Of a stretch of DNA of 64,000 bases, positions 20,101 to 33,254 are shown one piece after another. The notes beneath the pieces are model-generated. The model saw nothing but the letters and a program-made list of their open reading frames with translations. It did no database searches and was not told where the DNA came from. The stretch spans positions 5,270,001 through 5,334,000 of the forward strand of contig CM102283.1 of assembly GCA_046563655.1 (NCBI GenBank), written 5' to 3'. Origin of the DNA: Yuukianura sp. NJ FZ-2021. Lineage: Eukaryota. Each line of letters starts with the position of its first letter. Position 1 is the first letter of the stretch. The position numbers and the translations under genes were made by a program.

Positions 20101-20557
20101 GAATAACTTTTTGTTTATTTGGCCGTGACCTTTGACCTACGGTTCTAGAGCTACAAACGTTAGAAATTTCAAATTGGTTTTGATACTGGTTAACATTTTT
20201 TCAAAACGATCCAAAATTTACGCGTTGCAATGCCTATTTAGCGTATTTACTTACTTGCTCGGTCCAAATTTGACGCCAACAATTGGTCCATACTTTTTCG
20301 ACAGTTGCTCAAATACAAGGTGTGGGTTTTCTCCAAGTAAAGGTAAGTTTCCCACAATTGGATAAGGACTTGGTCCTACATTTTGTACAATTAGAGAAAT
20401 TAAAAGTGTCGATCATCATCGTTGTATATAAGCTAAATTAAGACTTACCTGGAGGAAAGTTGGATGGCTTTCTTACAAGGAAATAATAAATAACTAAAAA
20501 TGGAATGGCACAATAAAAAATCGCCGGAATAAAAACGTTTGCAATGAAAGTCAGCAT
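17195..20557 (-). CDS. Cytochrome P450, clan 2 (microsomal), 6 exons
   Basis: N-terminal TM anchor followed by FPPGPSPYPIVGNL. C-helix WNEQRRF, I-helix DLFVAGTDTTS, K-helix ETFR, PERF and haem motif FSTGRRACLAE are all present. The exons I traced join in frame. Confidence 0.93.
18252..18463. mobile_element. Tc1-like MITE in P450 intron
   Basis: ~33-bp imperfect TIRs cagtaaaaagcacgaaagcctgcacacttcaaa / tttgaggtgtgcaggttttcgtgcccctcactg with TA flanks. Inserted in a TA-rich local repeat (18205-18251 resembles 18471-18517). Confidence 0.75.
19845..20245 (+). mobile_element. Diverged HINE-family copy in P450 intron 2 (ends approximate)
   Basis: Degenerate GTCY tract (19884-19910), then cttccgggtcaaaggtcaaggtca and ggaaaaatgacctctacaaaagttgttc, shared with the 901-1939 element. 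Confidence 0.65.
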
Positions 20558-22386
20558 CTTGAATCAGTGCTAAACCGTTTTTAAAAAATCTTTTGTACTT
20601 ATTGAGAAAGTGAATCCAATGTCCAGCAGATTCCTCAGCAGAGATGTGATGGAGTGTCGCCTAAAATTAAGTTTAAAAAAACGAATAGTAGTGGAGTGGA
20701 TTTGAAGTAATTTTTGTACTACGCGAGATAGCCTTTGCTGAACCTGTCTGATGATAGCGGTTGTGGGTAGCAATGTTGTTGCAAAAAAAAAATTGTCAGC
20801 CAAAAATAATTTATTGCTGTAAATCTAAATTATTAAAAGTCGAAAGCAAATTGGAAGGGAAGTAGAATGTAAGAACGCCTAAAAGTTCAAAATTGTGCGG
20901 TTCGAAATGAGAGCAATCGCTAGCGAAACCCTTGAAAGCATGTAATGAGTTCAAATTATGAGATAGTGTGAACGTTATGGCTCATTCTAACATAGTTTCG
21001 CAGCGTAAACTCAACTTTGAGCATAAATATTTCTAAAATAAGCTACAGACAAACACGCGAAAATATGTGCAGTCCGACGACGGTTGTGTTCAGTATGTCA
21101 CGAACATGCCTATCCTAAACACTACAGAACTCATAATCAGCGATAAAAAAAGCAGGCGTTCGAAAAAAAAAAAAACGTAAAAAGTTATTTAGATATTTAA
21201 ATCCAAAACTCAGTTGAAAATTTGGTCCGAATTTTAAAAACCGGAAAAACTTAGTCTTGCAAATTAATAGTATTTAACATGATTGCTATCATCACCGTTT
21301 GTTTTCAAAAATTTGGAAGTCTGAAAGTTAAACTTTACCGAACTGGTTTAAAAATTATTTAAACTGGAAACCATTTTGAACTCATTAGCATGCGTCCATG
21401 CGGAGCATCAGGCAAGGAATTCTAATTTTTTGAACAAATCCGCATTACAAACCTATCAAGACGAGATTTAAGAAACAACAACATATAAACCTGTTTTTTT
21501 TTACTAATAACCCAATGAACCATCATAGTACACCCAAATTATGATGCGTGATCACGGCCTCGATATACACGACAAGTATGTTTCTAAGGTGTTAGGAAAC
21601 AGCTTTGGGACCAGTGTTGGAACTACTTTTGCGCAAAATTTTCTGTAAACATTATTTTCGTTTTCATTTGGCTGACTTTTCATTATTTTTTAAAAAAGAA
21701 AAAATGTCGCTTAGGTTCAGGATTAATCCATCAGGATTTTTTTGAATGAACTTTTGAAGGAAGGTTTAGTACAAATTCACATAGCATTGGTTTCAATCAT
21801 TTAAGCAACTTACCCTCGGCACGACAGACAACACTCCACGCACTAAAGTTTATTCGAAAGGAATAGGGCACAGAACAAATGTTTGACAGAAATAAGTACT
21901 ATTGCAAATTAATTAAACTAAAGTGTTGGGTTGAATAGAATTGTAGGCAAACTATGAGTTTGCTTTTGCGGTAGAACCCTCTGTGTTTTATCAGTAAATT
22001 GAATATAGTTGCTACCGCAGCGATTATTCCCGGATCCCGGAAGCTCTAAATTTTTCAGATATGCGGTAATAGCGAAAGGTGAAACGAACATTTTAGTTTT
22101 TAGATCTTTAACGGTTAAAATCTGCAACACCGATTTCGTTATTTTGAAGAAAAAATTATAATTTGTAATCTAAAAAAATGTTTAGTTTATAGGTTAGGTT
22201 AGGTTATATAGTTTAATTAAAGAAAATACCAGATATATTATATCAGACTGACATCGTAAACCAATTTATTTTGATGTTCCGGATTTTTCTGTTTTTGCTT
22301 TGCCTAATTTTGTTTAGAATTGTGTATAGAGAAACTTAATGTCTAATTGTTTAGAGTGAGGTTGAACAGAAAGTGAGTTGTGGTTT

Positions 22387-24329
22387 TCAGATAAATTCAA
22401 ATGAGGCGTAATCGTTTGCGGTGGCTTCCTCAAGTGCTTGAACATACCCAGGCGTCCCACCAATGTAACTCAGTGGTTCAACCTTTTTACCCGGAATGTT
22501 GGCACCTTGATACCAAGAATCTGCATACTGGAAAACCGTTTCGTACCAAATCTGGTGCACGAGCTGCGTCCATTTTTCACTTTCGTCTTGTTTTGCAAGA
22601 ACGCGTTGCTTTCCGTTATACCGCATCCACACAAGGAGTTGGATTAACCACTCGCTTTCAAGTTTTGCCGTTAGAGCAACGGTGGACAAGGCAGCTGTAC
22701 CGTGCGGCCCATTTAGAAACCACATATTCGGAAACTCAGGCGTTGCCATGCCAACGAGCGTTTGGATACCGTTGCTCCAGTGATCTTTGAGCTTCTTACC
22801 CGAACCGTTTTCAATGTCAATGTCAAAAATCCCTCCGGTCACAGCATCGAATCCGGTTGCCATGACAATAATATCAGCAGCAATTTCATCTCCGTTCTCG
22901 AGTCGGACTCCCTGCTGGGTAATTGCTGCTATCGGATTTTTCTTGACGTTCACAATGTCCACGTTTGGCTGATTATAGACTTCAAAGTAGTTGGTTTCTA
23001 GTGAAGGCCGCTTAGCTCCGAATGGGTGCGGTGGTTTTTCTGGGGCTAAAATGCTTTGTTTAATGGGATCGTTAATGCGTGGTAGTGTTTTGCGGCGCCA
23101 ATAGTTGTAGACGTGATTATTTGCGTCTATGTTAAACAAAATGTCATGAAAGTTTTCACGCCAAAATGCAAATCCACCCTCGTTGTACAATTTTTCAAAA
23201 AGTTCTTCCCTTTGCTCTGGCGTAGCATCGCAACAGTTTAGTCCATTCGGGTCTAGGCGCAAAGACGTAGTCGATTTTGCCGACTTGTCTCGGATTTGCG
23301 CAGACTCAACGGCATCTGGAAAGTGCCAATCGTCGCCTCGGAGTTTTTGACGCATCGGAATAGCCAAGTTGGGCGTTCGCTGTAAAACGGTTAAGTGGCC
23401 CACAACCGGCGCCACCTCTTGTATGACTTGAACACCACTTGGTCCGGTTCCAATGACTATTACGCGTTTACCCGTGAAATCAACTTGGCGTTCCTTTTGC
23501 CAGTCCCCTGTGTGATAAATTTCTCCACAAAACTTGTCCATACCCGGAAAGTTCGGTATCTTGAGCTTGGAAGTGATGCCGGTACAGAGGATCAAATGTC
23601 GGCATCGGGTGACTTTTGAATCGGAAGTGGTGACGACCCAATGGTTGAAAGTCGAGTTAAAAACAGCCCCCGTCACACGCGTTTCGAACTGAATGTCTCG
23701 ACTGAAATTGTGTCGCTCGTCCACATGGGCAAAGTAGGCTTGAAGTTCGGCCCAACCAGGAAACCGTTCGGTCCAGTGAAAGTCATATCCGATTTCGGGT
23801 TGATGGAATTGGTAGAGCATGTAGTTAGAATCGACTCGCGCCCCTGGATAGCAGTTCCAGTGCCAAACCCCACCGACCGCCGAACCAGCTTCAAACACTT
23901 TGAAATTGAAACCGAATTTCCGCAAATCGTACAGCATACTGAGTCCTGCAATGAATTTGCAAAATTAGTTGTGATGTAGTACTTTATGAATCTATGGTTT
24001 TATCTATTTAGTCTACAGCATTTTGGTTATGAAAGAAAGCGCAAAAAAAAATTTTGCGGAGATGAGCAAATCGAATTCCTCATTTCTCCTTTCCTTGGTA
24101 TCAAGCAAAACGGCGAGGAGGCAGGAGTACAGGCAGGAGTACAGGCAGGGGAGTTTTATTTATTTTTAGAAAAATAATTTCAACAATGGCAGAACCGAAA
24201 GAATGGTTTAAATGAGGCTTGAAGTAGATGTAACTCTAAAGTTTAATTTTCCTTACCAGCAAAACCCGCTCCGACGACCACTGCGTCTAGAAGGTCGATC
24301 TCCCCATTCATGTGCGTTGAAGGTGCCAT
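22387..24329 (-). CDS. Type I Baeyer-Villiger monooxygenase (copy 1); exons 24257-24329 and 22387-23945
   Basis: Exon 1 encodes MAPSTHMNGEIDLLDAVVVGAGFA(G). BVMO motifs GGVWHWNCYPGARVD and FCGEIYHTGDW are present, with second Rossmann motif GTGPSG, catalytic Arg in AKRPSLE, and ATGFD. Confidence 0.93.
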
Positions 24330-26160
24330 CTTAAATGTAAAGCCGAGCGTTTGGTGCAAATTCTCGTTTTCGATCTACGTATTAGAATTAATGAAAATTA
24401 TTTCTAAAAATTTTCAAAGTTTAAGTTTTATTTGAAACTTGGAAGTACGTGCAGAGTGGGATTGGCAGTATAGGTATTATTTATTTTTTATGTCAAACTG
24501 ATATAAAAATAACGTTTATGCAAGTTACTGATATCTGCAATCCCACCAAAGCACGTGGATAAGTTGACCTGTATATGCCCTCGTCTCTGCAGTGCTGCCA
24601 CCTCACTGAGATAAAGTTGTCACGTTGGACCAACCAAACCCTAAACTGAAGTGCTCTGTGGTTTTAATCGAACCACGCTTTTCATGTTATGGAAACCAGT
24701 CAAATTTAATTTCCTTCAAACCAGTTAAACTCAAACCTTAAACCTGATTGGGTGATTACGAAATTAGATGCCAGAGAAATCTCCCTCCTAAAAGTCAAAG
24801 AAATTTATTTTACTAGTCTCAAATCGTAAAGTGAGGTGACAAATTCCATCAGAATTGTAAAAATTATTTCAAATTCACATCGTTGAACCAATAAATAATT
24901 ATATTTTTAAAACGCGAACATTTCCGATTCAAAAAAGTAAAATTTAAGACTCTGCCGGTTCTAAATATCTATGATAAAAAGTGGTTGAAATGTTTTTTTA
25001 TTTACGTGGAATACTTCCGTGCCTTGTCGCAAACTTTTTTTTTAACAAATCTGATCTTTGGTTGGCTATTGCAGATAAACATTAATCATTGTATTTAACG
25101 ATTTCATGATTTGCATATTAAAATTTGCACTTAAAGGTGATGGTGGTCGTTGGTGGTGATGGACATGCTAAACAGGATGGTGATGCGAAGAATGCATTAA
25201 AAACTGGTTTAGCAACTGTTCAACATTTTTTCTTTTTCAAGGCTCTCAACCGTCGCAAGAAAAGATGTCCAAGAAGTTGCATAAGTAAGATTAGAGTACT
25301 ATAAAATGTTGTCCCATTTTAACAAATTATACAACTTCTTGAATTATTCATTAAACTTGTTCAGCTATTTGAATGAAAAACATGTCACCTTAATAAAATG
25401 GCGCTGACAACTGACTACAAATTTTCCAACTTCTTTTCCATAGACGGAAAACTTGTTATTCTAATTGAGGTGAGTTTGGATCTAGGTAAAACACGTGGTT
25501 GGCTCGGGAAGAATTTCTCATAAAATTCAAAATTCAACGGTATGAATGTTGTTCTAAGTCAGACGGCCTTGCCATACGTTAGAAAAAAAAGCCAAGCATT
25601 TTCATAAACGAAGCGGTGCTGTGACCAGCCCTTTTGCGCTTGTCTGCTTTTGTGCTTGACTGCTGTCGATGTAAATGTGGAATAAATACGAATCAAAGTA
25701 GCTATAATTATAAAGTAGTAGCTGCATTGGATCAGAATTTCATCACTTCGCTTCAATGTATGACATATCGCAAGTCACAATTTCAGCCATCGAACTTCAA
25801 CATCGCAGAAGAAAGAAGAAGTTGAATATTGAGATTCTCTGCAAACGGTTTTCGACGCTTGGATTTCCTGCAAGAAAATTTTTGTTGCGTTTTTACAAAA
25901 AAGTTTACAGCAAATTGTAGTTAAAAGCATTAGATCATGAATGAGCAAAATTATTTGGAGTAATCGTTTCTACAAGTATTCAGTCAACGAGAGCACTCTA
26001 ATTATGAGTCTTTTAGTTCCCACCAGCTATGAATTTTTTACTAACTTCACAAAGCCTATTTCACTGTCATTTGACAAATTGAGCTATACATTGGATACGT
26101 TTCCTCAAATATTTATGAAATAATTCAATTGTGAAGCCGAAACTATGTGGATGCTGATTT

Positions 26161-28800
26161 TTAGAAGAGAACTGCCCAAGGGTCTGCCACTCGTCCGTAG
26201 CAAATGTCCGTAAGTGCCTTAAAGAACTTTCGGAAGATTGGATCCGGTTGGTCCACGGTTGGAATATGGTGATCCTCGCCTTTGTAATGAATTCGCCCAA
26301 CAGGACAAACGGTCCTAAGTGTCGCACTTCCAAAGATTTCCAGCAACTGAAATTCATACAAACGCCAATTTAGAGACGAATCTCGTTTTCATTTCAGAAA
26401 GTCAGTTTAGAAGAATTCTGAAACAGGCAGGGATTTTAGAGTGTATCAAATTGGCTTACTCGGTTTTCTTTGTTTGCTTGAAGTACTTCGTGAATCGTGA
26501 TTGATCGTTCAGAGACTTTGAACTGATTCCACTTTCGTGCCAACTCCAGAACACTTCTTCGGTTGATTCCTGGGAGGATGACGCCATCCAATGGGGGTGT
26601 CACCAATTCTTTCTCTGGAAATATTCAAAATTTTCAATTTCATAAAATGTTAGCTAGAAAGGGAAAGAGAATTGTGATAGTTTTAGTTTTGAAAATCTGA
26701 ATGCCCGGAAAAATTCAAGATGTGTCAAATGTCGCACCTCCATCTTTGTTTTCTAAGAAGACGAAAACATTCATGATTCCAATTTCAGTCAACTGGTGAT
26801 TTTCACCAATGAGCCAAAGAACGTGTTGATGTCCTGATTTTTCAGCAGCTTCCTATAGTATCAATACAAAAATATAAATCCCTTGTCCCAATCCAATTTA
26901 AAACGCTTTAATTTTTTTTATTTTTACTTGAATTGCAACTGTTGGACCATAATTGGCACCAAACTTCGTATCCCCACTTCCGCCCGGCCAACAACGGACA
27001 TACCGCGGATCAGCCAAGAGTGAAAACGGTTTTTCAAATGCTGGAGAGTCAAAAGGAGCCAATGGACAGAGAATGATATACAGAATAGCCTTTTGTGATG
27101 CAGTGGTCCACAGTGAGGGCTGAAAGGTTTGAATTTAAAAAAACTATAGTTAGAAAACTAAAATTACACGTGCAACATGGTTTTGGAAGTTTTTAATGTT
27201 TTTGATCGACGTGCTCCCTACCTCAGTTCCTAAGATTACGGGTCGAACGTATACACTCGACGGTTTTGAGCCATTCAGTGGCATCCAATCCTGCTCCACC
27301 GTCAAAAACCGCTTGAGACATTCAAGAAACTCCGCACCGTCAAATTGAGGCAACCGCATTCGTCTGATGCCGTCAAGGAAACGCGTCACATGCAACTCGG
27401 GCCGGAACAGGCGCAACTTCCCGTCAACTCCACGGAATGCCTTTGTAGCTTCAAATAACTAAAAAAACAGAATCTCATTAGCGTCCGCGCGTAGCAATTT
27501 AGGAAAACACACAACTCATTCATTGGTGTCTGGTGCAATGGTTTGTTTAATTTCTGAATCAGTTTAATGAACTCTCAACAGTCCACAGCTCGTTTCAGAA
27601 TCAGAATTTTAAAAATCATTCTAACAATGCTACTTCATGTGATAATTTTGAAAAAGCGAAGGCTTATATTCGTTTCAGTTAACTTTAATGAACTTTAAGT
27701 TTTAATTCAAGTTTAATTCTTTCAAAATTAAACTTAGAAATATAAAACTAAAGAAAAAGAACTCATCATCTGTAGTCTACAATATAAATCGTTTCCTAAT
27801 AATACATTTTTTGATTTCCTCCCCTTTGCGTGAGTGAACCAAACCTCCTTCCATTGTATCCACACGGTGTATCTACCACTGCCTTTTCTGCAACAACCCA
27901 ACAATTACATGTAGTTCTGTGTTAGGCGTGATGACGATGCGGTTATGGAAGCGTAAGCATATCGCTGTAATCACGCGTTTATCATTCTCTGTGAATACCG
28001 TAATAAAAACAGCTATATGGTCACAGTAGCTGGGTACACGAGTTGCCGTTGTCATCCTGTTAGTGCCTAAGTTATATACAGTAAAGTCTCCAACTTATGA
28101 AATGTGCAAAATACAAAACAAATGGCAATTGCAAAAAAGGGGGTTAGAAAATTTCTTACTCCGAAGTCATATTGCCATTGCAAAATCCACCGAATAAACG
28201 AATTTTGCAATGACAATAGCAAATGGTAAGGAAATTTTCTAAACCTCGTTTGTGCAATTGCCATTTGTTGTGTATTTCGCCGATTTCATAAGTTGGTGAC
28301 CTGACCAGACCACTGTATAAATAATTTTCTCACCTCCATGGCATAGTTGAGAGTTTTGGCCGCTGGATGGATGGAGAGGTTGTGGATGGGTGAAATTCTT
28401 GGTTTTGACCATCCTTCCGTGCTAGTCCAAGAGACTTCGAACATGTGGTCGGTAAAGTCACGTCCAAAAGGCAGATTGGTTGTATCCGGCTTGGGCTGAC
28501 GTTTGGCAGGATCTTGGAGTTGAATTTCCAAATCCGCGGCCTAAAAGAGAGGAAATACAGTAGTGTGGAAAAATAGCCCAGTACGGCGTGAATAACTTTT
28601 AGAAAGACATTGCAGGGAAATAAACCCCGAATTTAAACCTCCAGGCATTAGCGTCTGATTTGGAAAAATGGATTGTTAGCATATAAAAGTATATAATAAT
28701 AAATGGTGCATAGTAATAATAATATTTATAGTAAATTAAAATATACAGTTCATATTTAGAATTTCAAACCTACTTTGAAGGACGGGTGAGAAGTGGCCAT
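26161..28800 (-). CDS. Branched-chain amino acid aminotransferase-like (PLP fold IV), 7 exons, divergent substrate pocket
   Basis: MATSHPSFK|AADLEIQ...FGRDFTDHMF...LRLFRP...VYVRP...RCWPGGSGDTKFGANYGP (catalytic Lys)...TEIGIMN...ILPGINRRSVLEL...YGRVADPWAVLF*. Confidence 0.9.
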
Positions 28801-29340
28801 GTTTCTTGGTGCTTCAAGCGTAGTTGACAAGGAGAGACTGACTGAGTGTCCTTTCTTCTATAGTGGACACATTTTGTGCTTTCCTGCCATACTTTAAAAC
28901 CGAAGCCAAGCCAAATGAAATGAAGATTTAAAAAAAATTGTGGACACTTAGCGGGGATTCACCATTCTGGAGAAATGTAAAATATAATCATCCAGACGAG
29001 AACCTGTTTCAGATTCCGGTTTGGAGTTTCAGAATTCAAATGGAAAGAATCCTGTCCATGTCGCCTGGATTTTGTGTCACATGAATCAAGTATTTAAATA
29101 CTTTACCGTCCCATCGTAGATAAAGCTACAATTCACTCGGAAATTTGAAATTTATCATGAGCGTTTCCAATTGCAACCGTGCATACTAGTGCATTGCCTA
29201 CGAATGTCGCGAAAATTTTTAGGTATCGGAGTTGAAGCTGAACAGAATTGTGTGTGGAAAGCTATACCTACCAAAAATCCCAATTTTTGCTAATGTTTGT
29301 ACTTAATGTTTGATAATGATTGAAATGAGAGACGGCTAAA

Positions 29341-29583
29341 CAAGGTTTCTATAGCAACCGCTGCTTCATAAGGTTAAGCAATAAGTCCTGTTTACGAAAA
29401 AATTCGCTCCAAACAATTTTTTCGCCCAATTTTCGCCCAATCCCATTTGATTGCATATAAATCATTACCATAGGAGGGCACGGCGAACCAAGTTTTGCTA
29501 CTTTTTAAACAAAATTTAAAACGCTTGAGTTATTGCCTAACCTGTTGGAGAAAAAACTATTTTTTTTTTGTTTACAAACCTTG
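29341..29583. mobile_element. CAAGG-ended MITE with perfect 8-bp TSD
   Basis: Ends caaggttt...aaaccttg, with TSD cggctaaa at 29333-29340 and 29584-29591. Confidence 0.85.
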
Positions 29584-30390
29584 CGGCTAAATGCAAGAAC
29601 ACAAAAATTTCAAAATTGCATTTTAAAAGAGAGAATTTGGTGTTGAGTGCGATTGAAATCTTCAAAACATTTTGAGTCCAAAAGTGCTATGATAGTGTAG
29701 GTATGTATGCAAGTATGTTTCTGTAAATTCTGCGAATAGAATAGAGCTGTCGGGAAGACTTCACCAGAATTAATCCACTTTCGCAGTAGTACACTTTTGT
29801 AACAACCCGGTATATTTTTCTGTCTCCGTTTTTCCTCAATTGTTCTTTTGATTTTCATTCTGGGTTATTCAAATGTTTTGAGCTTCTTTTTACAAAGAAA
29901 TAAAATGTTCGACTGTTCTTTTAAGAATTTTTTATTAATTTTTGTTGAATTTCATTTTTCAGCACTTGGCCTTTCAAATTTTCTAAGAATTTTTACGAAA
30001 CCAAATGCGAGGAAAGTTTTAGCCGGACGTGATAAGTGAGAGCCGAGTTACAGTTATTTCCGCCTGCGCATGTGCAGGTACAATGTGATTCCTTCGTCGT
30101 TAGTCGCCCTTAGGTAATAAATAGATGCACCTCGCGAAAAAAAGCAGTCGCACACTGTTACAAAAATTTTGAAAAAAGAACTATGTTTTTTGTTTTCAAG
30201 TTTTACTTTAATTTAATCTCATTTTTTTGAAAAAAAAAAATTAAACGTATTTTACTTGGGCTTGCTCTCTTGGCAAATATTTTTTGAAAGATTTGACCTC
30301 CTGTCATTTGACAGTTATTTAAAGAAATTATATATAACTGTAGACTCTTTTTCGGCTTGTAGGGAGACCTGCGGTAAGCTGTACGAGAAC

Positions 30391-30792
30391 TCAGGGTCGT
30401 TGATTGACCAAGTTGACCCTGATTCTTCGGCCATCTAACTCTTGTTCGTTGAGAGCTTGAATGGCATTGTTCGCCTCTTCGATCGTTTCGAACTGTCAAG
30501 CAGTATAAATATTTGAGTTACTGCATACTATAACTTAAGTAGCCCATAATTACTAATTAGTTATCAATAGATTAAGTCAAATACTCACCGTCACAAATCC
30601 GAACCCGCGACTTCTTCCAGTCTCACGGTCTTTCATGACAATGCTATCCAATATTTGCCCATACGGCTCAAAAGCTTGTCGGAGTGTGTCGTCAGTGGTA
30701 GTCCAGGCCAAATTTCCCACGTACACTTTTGTACCAGCAGAAGCAAAGGAGAATGTCAAAAGACTAATCAGGACGACTTGCAAAAGCGCCAT
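30391..30792 (-). CDS. 101-aa single-RRM protein with N-terminal signal peptide; exons 30589-30792 and 30391-30492
   Basis: [104 protein letters not shown]2 (VYVGNL) and RNP1 (RGFGFVTF) are intact, with a canonical gtgagt...cag intron. Confidence 0.9.
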
Positions 30793-30857
30793 TTTCGGAT
30801 TTAGTTTTCGGAAGTCAAGTCCTCCACAAGACTGAACGCAAGCGACGTAGTCGTGTC

Positions 30858-30865
30858 TTTTTATA
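30858..30865 (-). promoter_or_regulatory. Putative TATA box of the RRM gene
   Basis: TATAAAAA on the minus strand, ~66 bp upstream of the ATG. Confidence 0.5.
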
Positions 30866-31666
30866 TGTCAGTCAATCTATCCTGTATCAGTCAAGCAACA
30901 ATTATTTTCCAATTTTTTCTAATGGGATTTCAATATCATGGTAAATATGGAAACTGTTTCTAACCTTGACCTTAACCTCAACCTGAACCTATCAACCTTG
31001 AAAGCGCCTTTTTAAGTTACTTACGCCTGAAGATGTCTTCGAAATCAGACTGTACAGAAATGGCCGCCACAAGCTCCAATGAATATTACTCAAAATCCGA
31101 GGCAAAGGGATGTAATTAAGATATTTCCTTAGCGTGAGAGCTTTTGTCCCGAAGTGATCAACGACTAACCTCAGACGAACAAAAATCTTTGGCTTAAAAA
31201 ATTGGAACCTTCAAAAGTTATTTCTATCAACTTTTAAACCTTTTCCAAGGTTTTTTGATTGTTTACTAATTCAAATGCCCTTGGGGGCTAACGAAGGCTA
31301 ACGATTGTAAAAAGCTTTTGTACGTTTAATGGCCAGTTCGACCATTGCAGGTTAAAGTTAAACGGAGTTTAGTGCAAACTAGTTCCACCTTTAAACTCAA
31401 TTAACTTAATTATGCGTCAATTAATCTGGACATACAAGGTATCAAAATTCTAAGAGCGACACGGACACAACCTAATACTCATAGTGTTAAAATTTAAAAT
31501 GAATGGAAAAGCAAACTTTTCAATGAGAAATTTCATTTAATTTAATGATTTACAGCTAAAGGGCTAAAGTTTTCACTTAGTTTTCTCTTAAAAATGCACA
31601 TGAGTTTGATTTGAAGCAATTTGGAACTCTTTACTGTTGTAATTTTGGACTCGACAACTCAAATTC

Positions 31667-32351
31667 TTACATAATTTTTGCAAATGAAAGAGAAAAGAAA
31701 AAGTTAGTGACAAGAACCAGGGAAGCCTTGAAACTGGATCGTGACTCTTTAAGAGAAGGAGCCGAGTTGCAGCCATCTTTGTCTGCGCATGTGCAGAGAC
31801 TGATTCCTGTATGGTCATTTGCCCGCACAGTGCTCACGCATTTGCCCACCTTACTTTCAGCCATGTCGCATTTCCTTATGACTTGTTCTCCAGGGTGATC
31901 CAACTGTGCTTTCTCTTTTACGCAAGCGTTCAAGCTAGACTCACATTCTGTGAGATGTTGTTTCAATGGAGTGTACGGATCTTTGCAATCGTGAGCAGTT
32001 GATTGGCTCTGCCCGCACACATAACAAAAGATTCCTACAATTTCAAAAACAAAACTTTTTTTAAATCCTCCTACTTTTAACGCTGTACAAGATTAGATAC
32101 AAATTAAATTAAAACATCAAAGAGAATCATTTTTTTTTTCGAAAAAAAAATAGCTGGAATTTTGCAGTTTTGGTGTAAGCAAGGCCAAACTTAAAAGCCT
32201 ACTTAGGAATTCCGTTCTAATTGAAGTATGATAAAACGAAATCATATTTTCAAAATTTTAAAAAATTTGTTATTTGAAATTAGTACTTACCTAGAACTGT
32301 TGGTGAAGTACAAACCGCCATAAACACTACTATTAAACTCGTCCAAGTCAT
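31667..32351 (-). CDS. Quiver/sleepless-like (Ly6/three-finger) secreted, probably GPI-anchored Cys-rich protein; exons 32291-32351 and 31667-32034
   Basis: Signal peptide MTWTSLIVVFMAVCTSPTVLG, then IFCYVC...C.DP... with 10 Cys ending in CTCADKDGCN, followed by a Ser-rich spacer and hydrophobic C-terminus. Confidence 0.8.
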
Positions 32352-33254
32352 TTCGTGCTGTAACATCCACACTATCAAGCACACTTTGAATTTCTTTGAC
32401 TACAAAATTTTGATTTTCCGCTTTTGTTGAACAAATCCGACTCCATTCAAAAAAAAAAGTTGTTTTATGCGATTCAATAAAAAAAATAAGCCTCTTAGTG
32501 GTGCATGACAACGGCTCCAAATTGTAACATCAGAATCGAATTTGAAACCTTAAGAATAGCTACAACCATTTGAAAATTCTAATACAAAACGGCATGATTT
32601 GAAAAAAGGAAAAACAAATATAAACCTTAACAAATAAAATGGAATGCTTGATTCAAAAGGGCACTGGTTAGTTGACCGCTTGCAGAGCAAAAATCGGAGG
32701 GAAGAGAAAGTTTTTCACACTTTCTTCAAAAATTGTCGAACTCCGTTGAAAAGGAGAATGCTCTCGTGTTGAAAACTCTTTCACTTCCTAGCCAATTTTT
32801 TTTGAGCTGTTCGCCTGTTTTCTTTTCATTTGCATCCATTAGAGGTTCTGGAAGGTGGATTTCACCCTACTGGACCCCATATTTCGCAAATTCAATATCT
32901 GCCTGCCAATTCACAGTTATTCACAATGTTGCTGGATGACTAAACTTCCAGTGGTTTAATTGAAAAAAAAAACACTGCTAATTGATAGGAATACGGGACT
33001 AAGTTTCATCCTAACCTAGTAATATCGAAATTATGCAGTTTTGACACGCCTTCCAGAGCCTTGTAAAACTATGCTGTCCATTTCAGAACTAACAAAGTTA
33101 CACGCATGCATGAAAAGCAGAACGCAAATGCGTAAAAATTTGAATTTCTGTAATGGCAGTCGCAAAAGATATGGAGGGTTACGTTTGGTTTTGGTATCAT
33201 CAAATCAGTGAAGTTGAGCATCCGTTTCCCGTAGAAGTTCGACTAATTCTCCAA

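Noticed and set aside
22401-23979. Antisense and overlapping ORFs within the BVMO, GS-like, OMT and catalase genes
   Set aside because: Short shadow ORFs of GC-richer coding sequence, with no motifs.
24119-24148. 12-bp tandem repeat aggcaggagtac in the BVMO1 intron
   Set aside because: Only ~2.5 copies, an ordinary slippage repeat.
32680-32940. Exon-like minus-strand segment upstream of the Quiver-like gene (similarly 33610-33900 and 34604-34860)
   Set aside because: No family motif or consistent splice chain was found. These may be decayed gene or TE fragments.
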